38,528 nt of DNA from Jimgerdemannia flammicorona (taxonomy: Eukaryota). This document shows positions 37,521 through 38,528 of this stretch, piece by piece (position 1 is the first letter of the stretch; each line of letters starts with the position of its first letter). The stretch lies in contig RBNJ01000160.1 in assembly GCA_003990765.1 (NCBI GenBank), positions 1 through 38,528 on the forward strand, written 5' to 3'. The notes beneath the pieces are model-generated. The model had not been told where the DNA came from and made no database searches. It saw only the letters and a program-made list of their open reading frames with translations. A program made the translations under genes and the position numbers.

Positions 37521-38528
37521 AGAACTCAGGTAAAGAATCCAAAGATCAGCACAAGACATCAGCCTATACCCCCTGCCAGATCGAAGACTGTATCTTTGAT
37601 GCCATCATTGATACTGGTGCTGGAGGATACCTCATGAGCAAGAAGGCAATCGACCGCCTAGGTTGGGACATTGAAGAGTCCACCAAGATGGTCTATGTCA
37701 CAGCAGACGGTACACGAGCTACCCCTCTTGGCAAAATCCGAGAAGTCCCCATCAAGATAGGAGGAGCTACCATCCCAGTAGACGTGATTGTTACAAGCGC
37801 CACCAACTATGACATCCTCATTGGCAACCAATGGCTTCACAAGGCCAAGGCCATCATTGACCTCAATGCCCAGAAGATGCAGATCAACTACAGAGGGAGA
37901 AAGGTACAAGTTTCTATCAATGTCCACAAAGGAGTCCTGCCAGACATGGAGGAAGGAGATGAGGAAGACACAGAGGTCTTCATGCACTCGGTGAACAAGA
38001 ACAAGAACAAGACACCCAAGCTCACAGATGAGCAGTGGTACAACAAGATCATCGATGGCTATGCCCCTCAAGGAAGATGCCCCCATGGTACTAGGATGTA
38101 CTGCTCCGAACACCTAAATGACTGCTGGTCCTGTATCAGCAAAGTCAGGAAAATCCGCCAACAGAAACATGAGCAAGAAGCCGCCAAAGCCAAAAAGAAA
38201 GCCGAAGAAGATGACCAGCCCCCAGAGCTTCAAGCTGACAGTGATGATGAGGAGGAACAAGAACCAGACATCACCCTCAAGGTCAAGAAGTTTCACCCTA
38301 AAGCCAAGATCCCAGAATACAAGACCGAAGGAGCCATAGGAATGGACCTTGCCAGTATCCAAGATGCTACCCTCGAACCACAGACTACCACCCTACTTGG
38401 CACTGGAATTGGAGTCAAGCTGCCAGAAAACCATGCCGGAATTATCAAGACCAGGAGCAGTCTGGCCAAAAGCGAAATCTCAGTTGAAGGAGGAGTAATT
38501 GACCCAGATTACACTGGTGAGATTTTTC
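37514..38528 (+). CDS. Pol N-terminus (partial): retropepsin protease, Cys/His motif, dUTPase
   Basis: Open frame missing from the ORF track because it has no stop in the window. AIIDTGAGG (DTG 37610-37618), DILIGNQWL, then GAIGMDL, KTRSSLA and GGVIDPDYTGEI. Confidence 0.9.

Larger units (their letters stand above)
34703..38528 (+). mobile_element. Ty3/Gypsy-like LTR retrotransposon (5' part; runs off the window)
   Basis: Putative LTR TGTAAC...GTGACA, a PBS, a gag-like ORF, an aspartic protease and a dUTPase. RT, RNase H and integrase are not in the window. Confidence 0.85.

Overview
Eukaryotic, most likely fungal, window (short GT-AG introns, L1/Tx1-type LINEs, a Ty3/Gypsy element; an early-diverging/Mucoromycota-like host is only a guess). 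A CpG-rich gene island (~8.3-25.0 kb) lies between two CpG-depleted transposon blocks that are heavily C>T/G>A-mutated. The island holds six tandem minus-strand BTB/POZ-BACK-SPRY(B30.2) genes, four intact and two pseudogenes. Their BTB-BACK part is conserved while several discrete SPRY segments vary strongly, suggesting a diversifying Cullin-3 substrate-receptor repertoire. A five-exon gene encoding a C-terminal PB1 domain interrupts the array. The left block has a near full-length LINE (minus strand) plus nested inverted repeat fragments. The right block has a 5'-truncated LINE with an A63 tail, a strongly degenerate LINE carrying a fold-back hAT MITE, and a second MITE remnant. It ends with the 5' part of an LTR retrotransposon whose ~1.5 kb putative LTR contains its own ORF and whose polyprotein runs protease - Cys/His motif - dUTPase. 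All alignments and splice models were made by eye.
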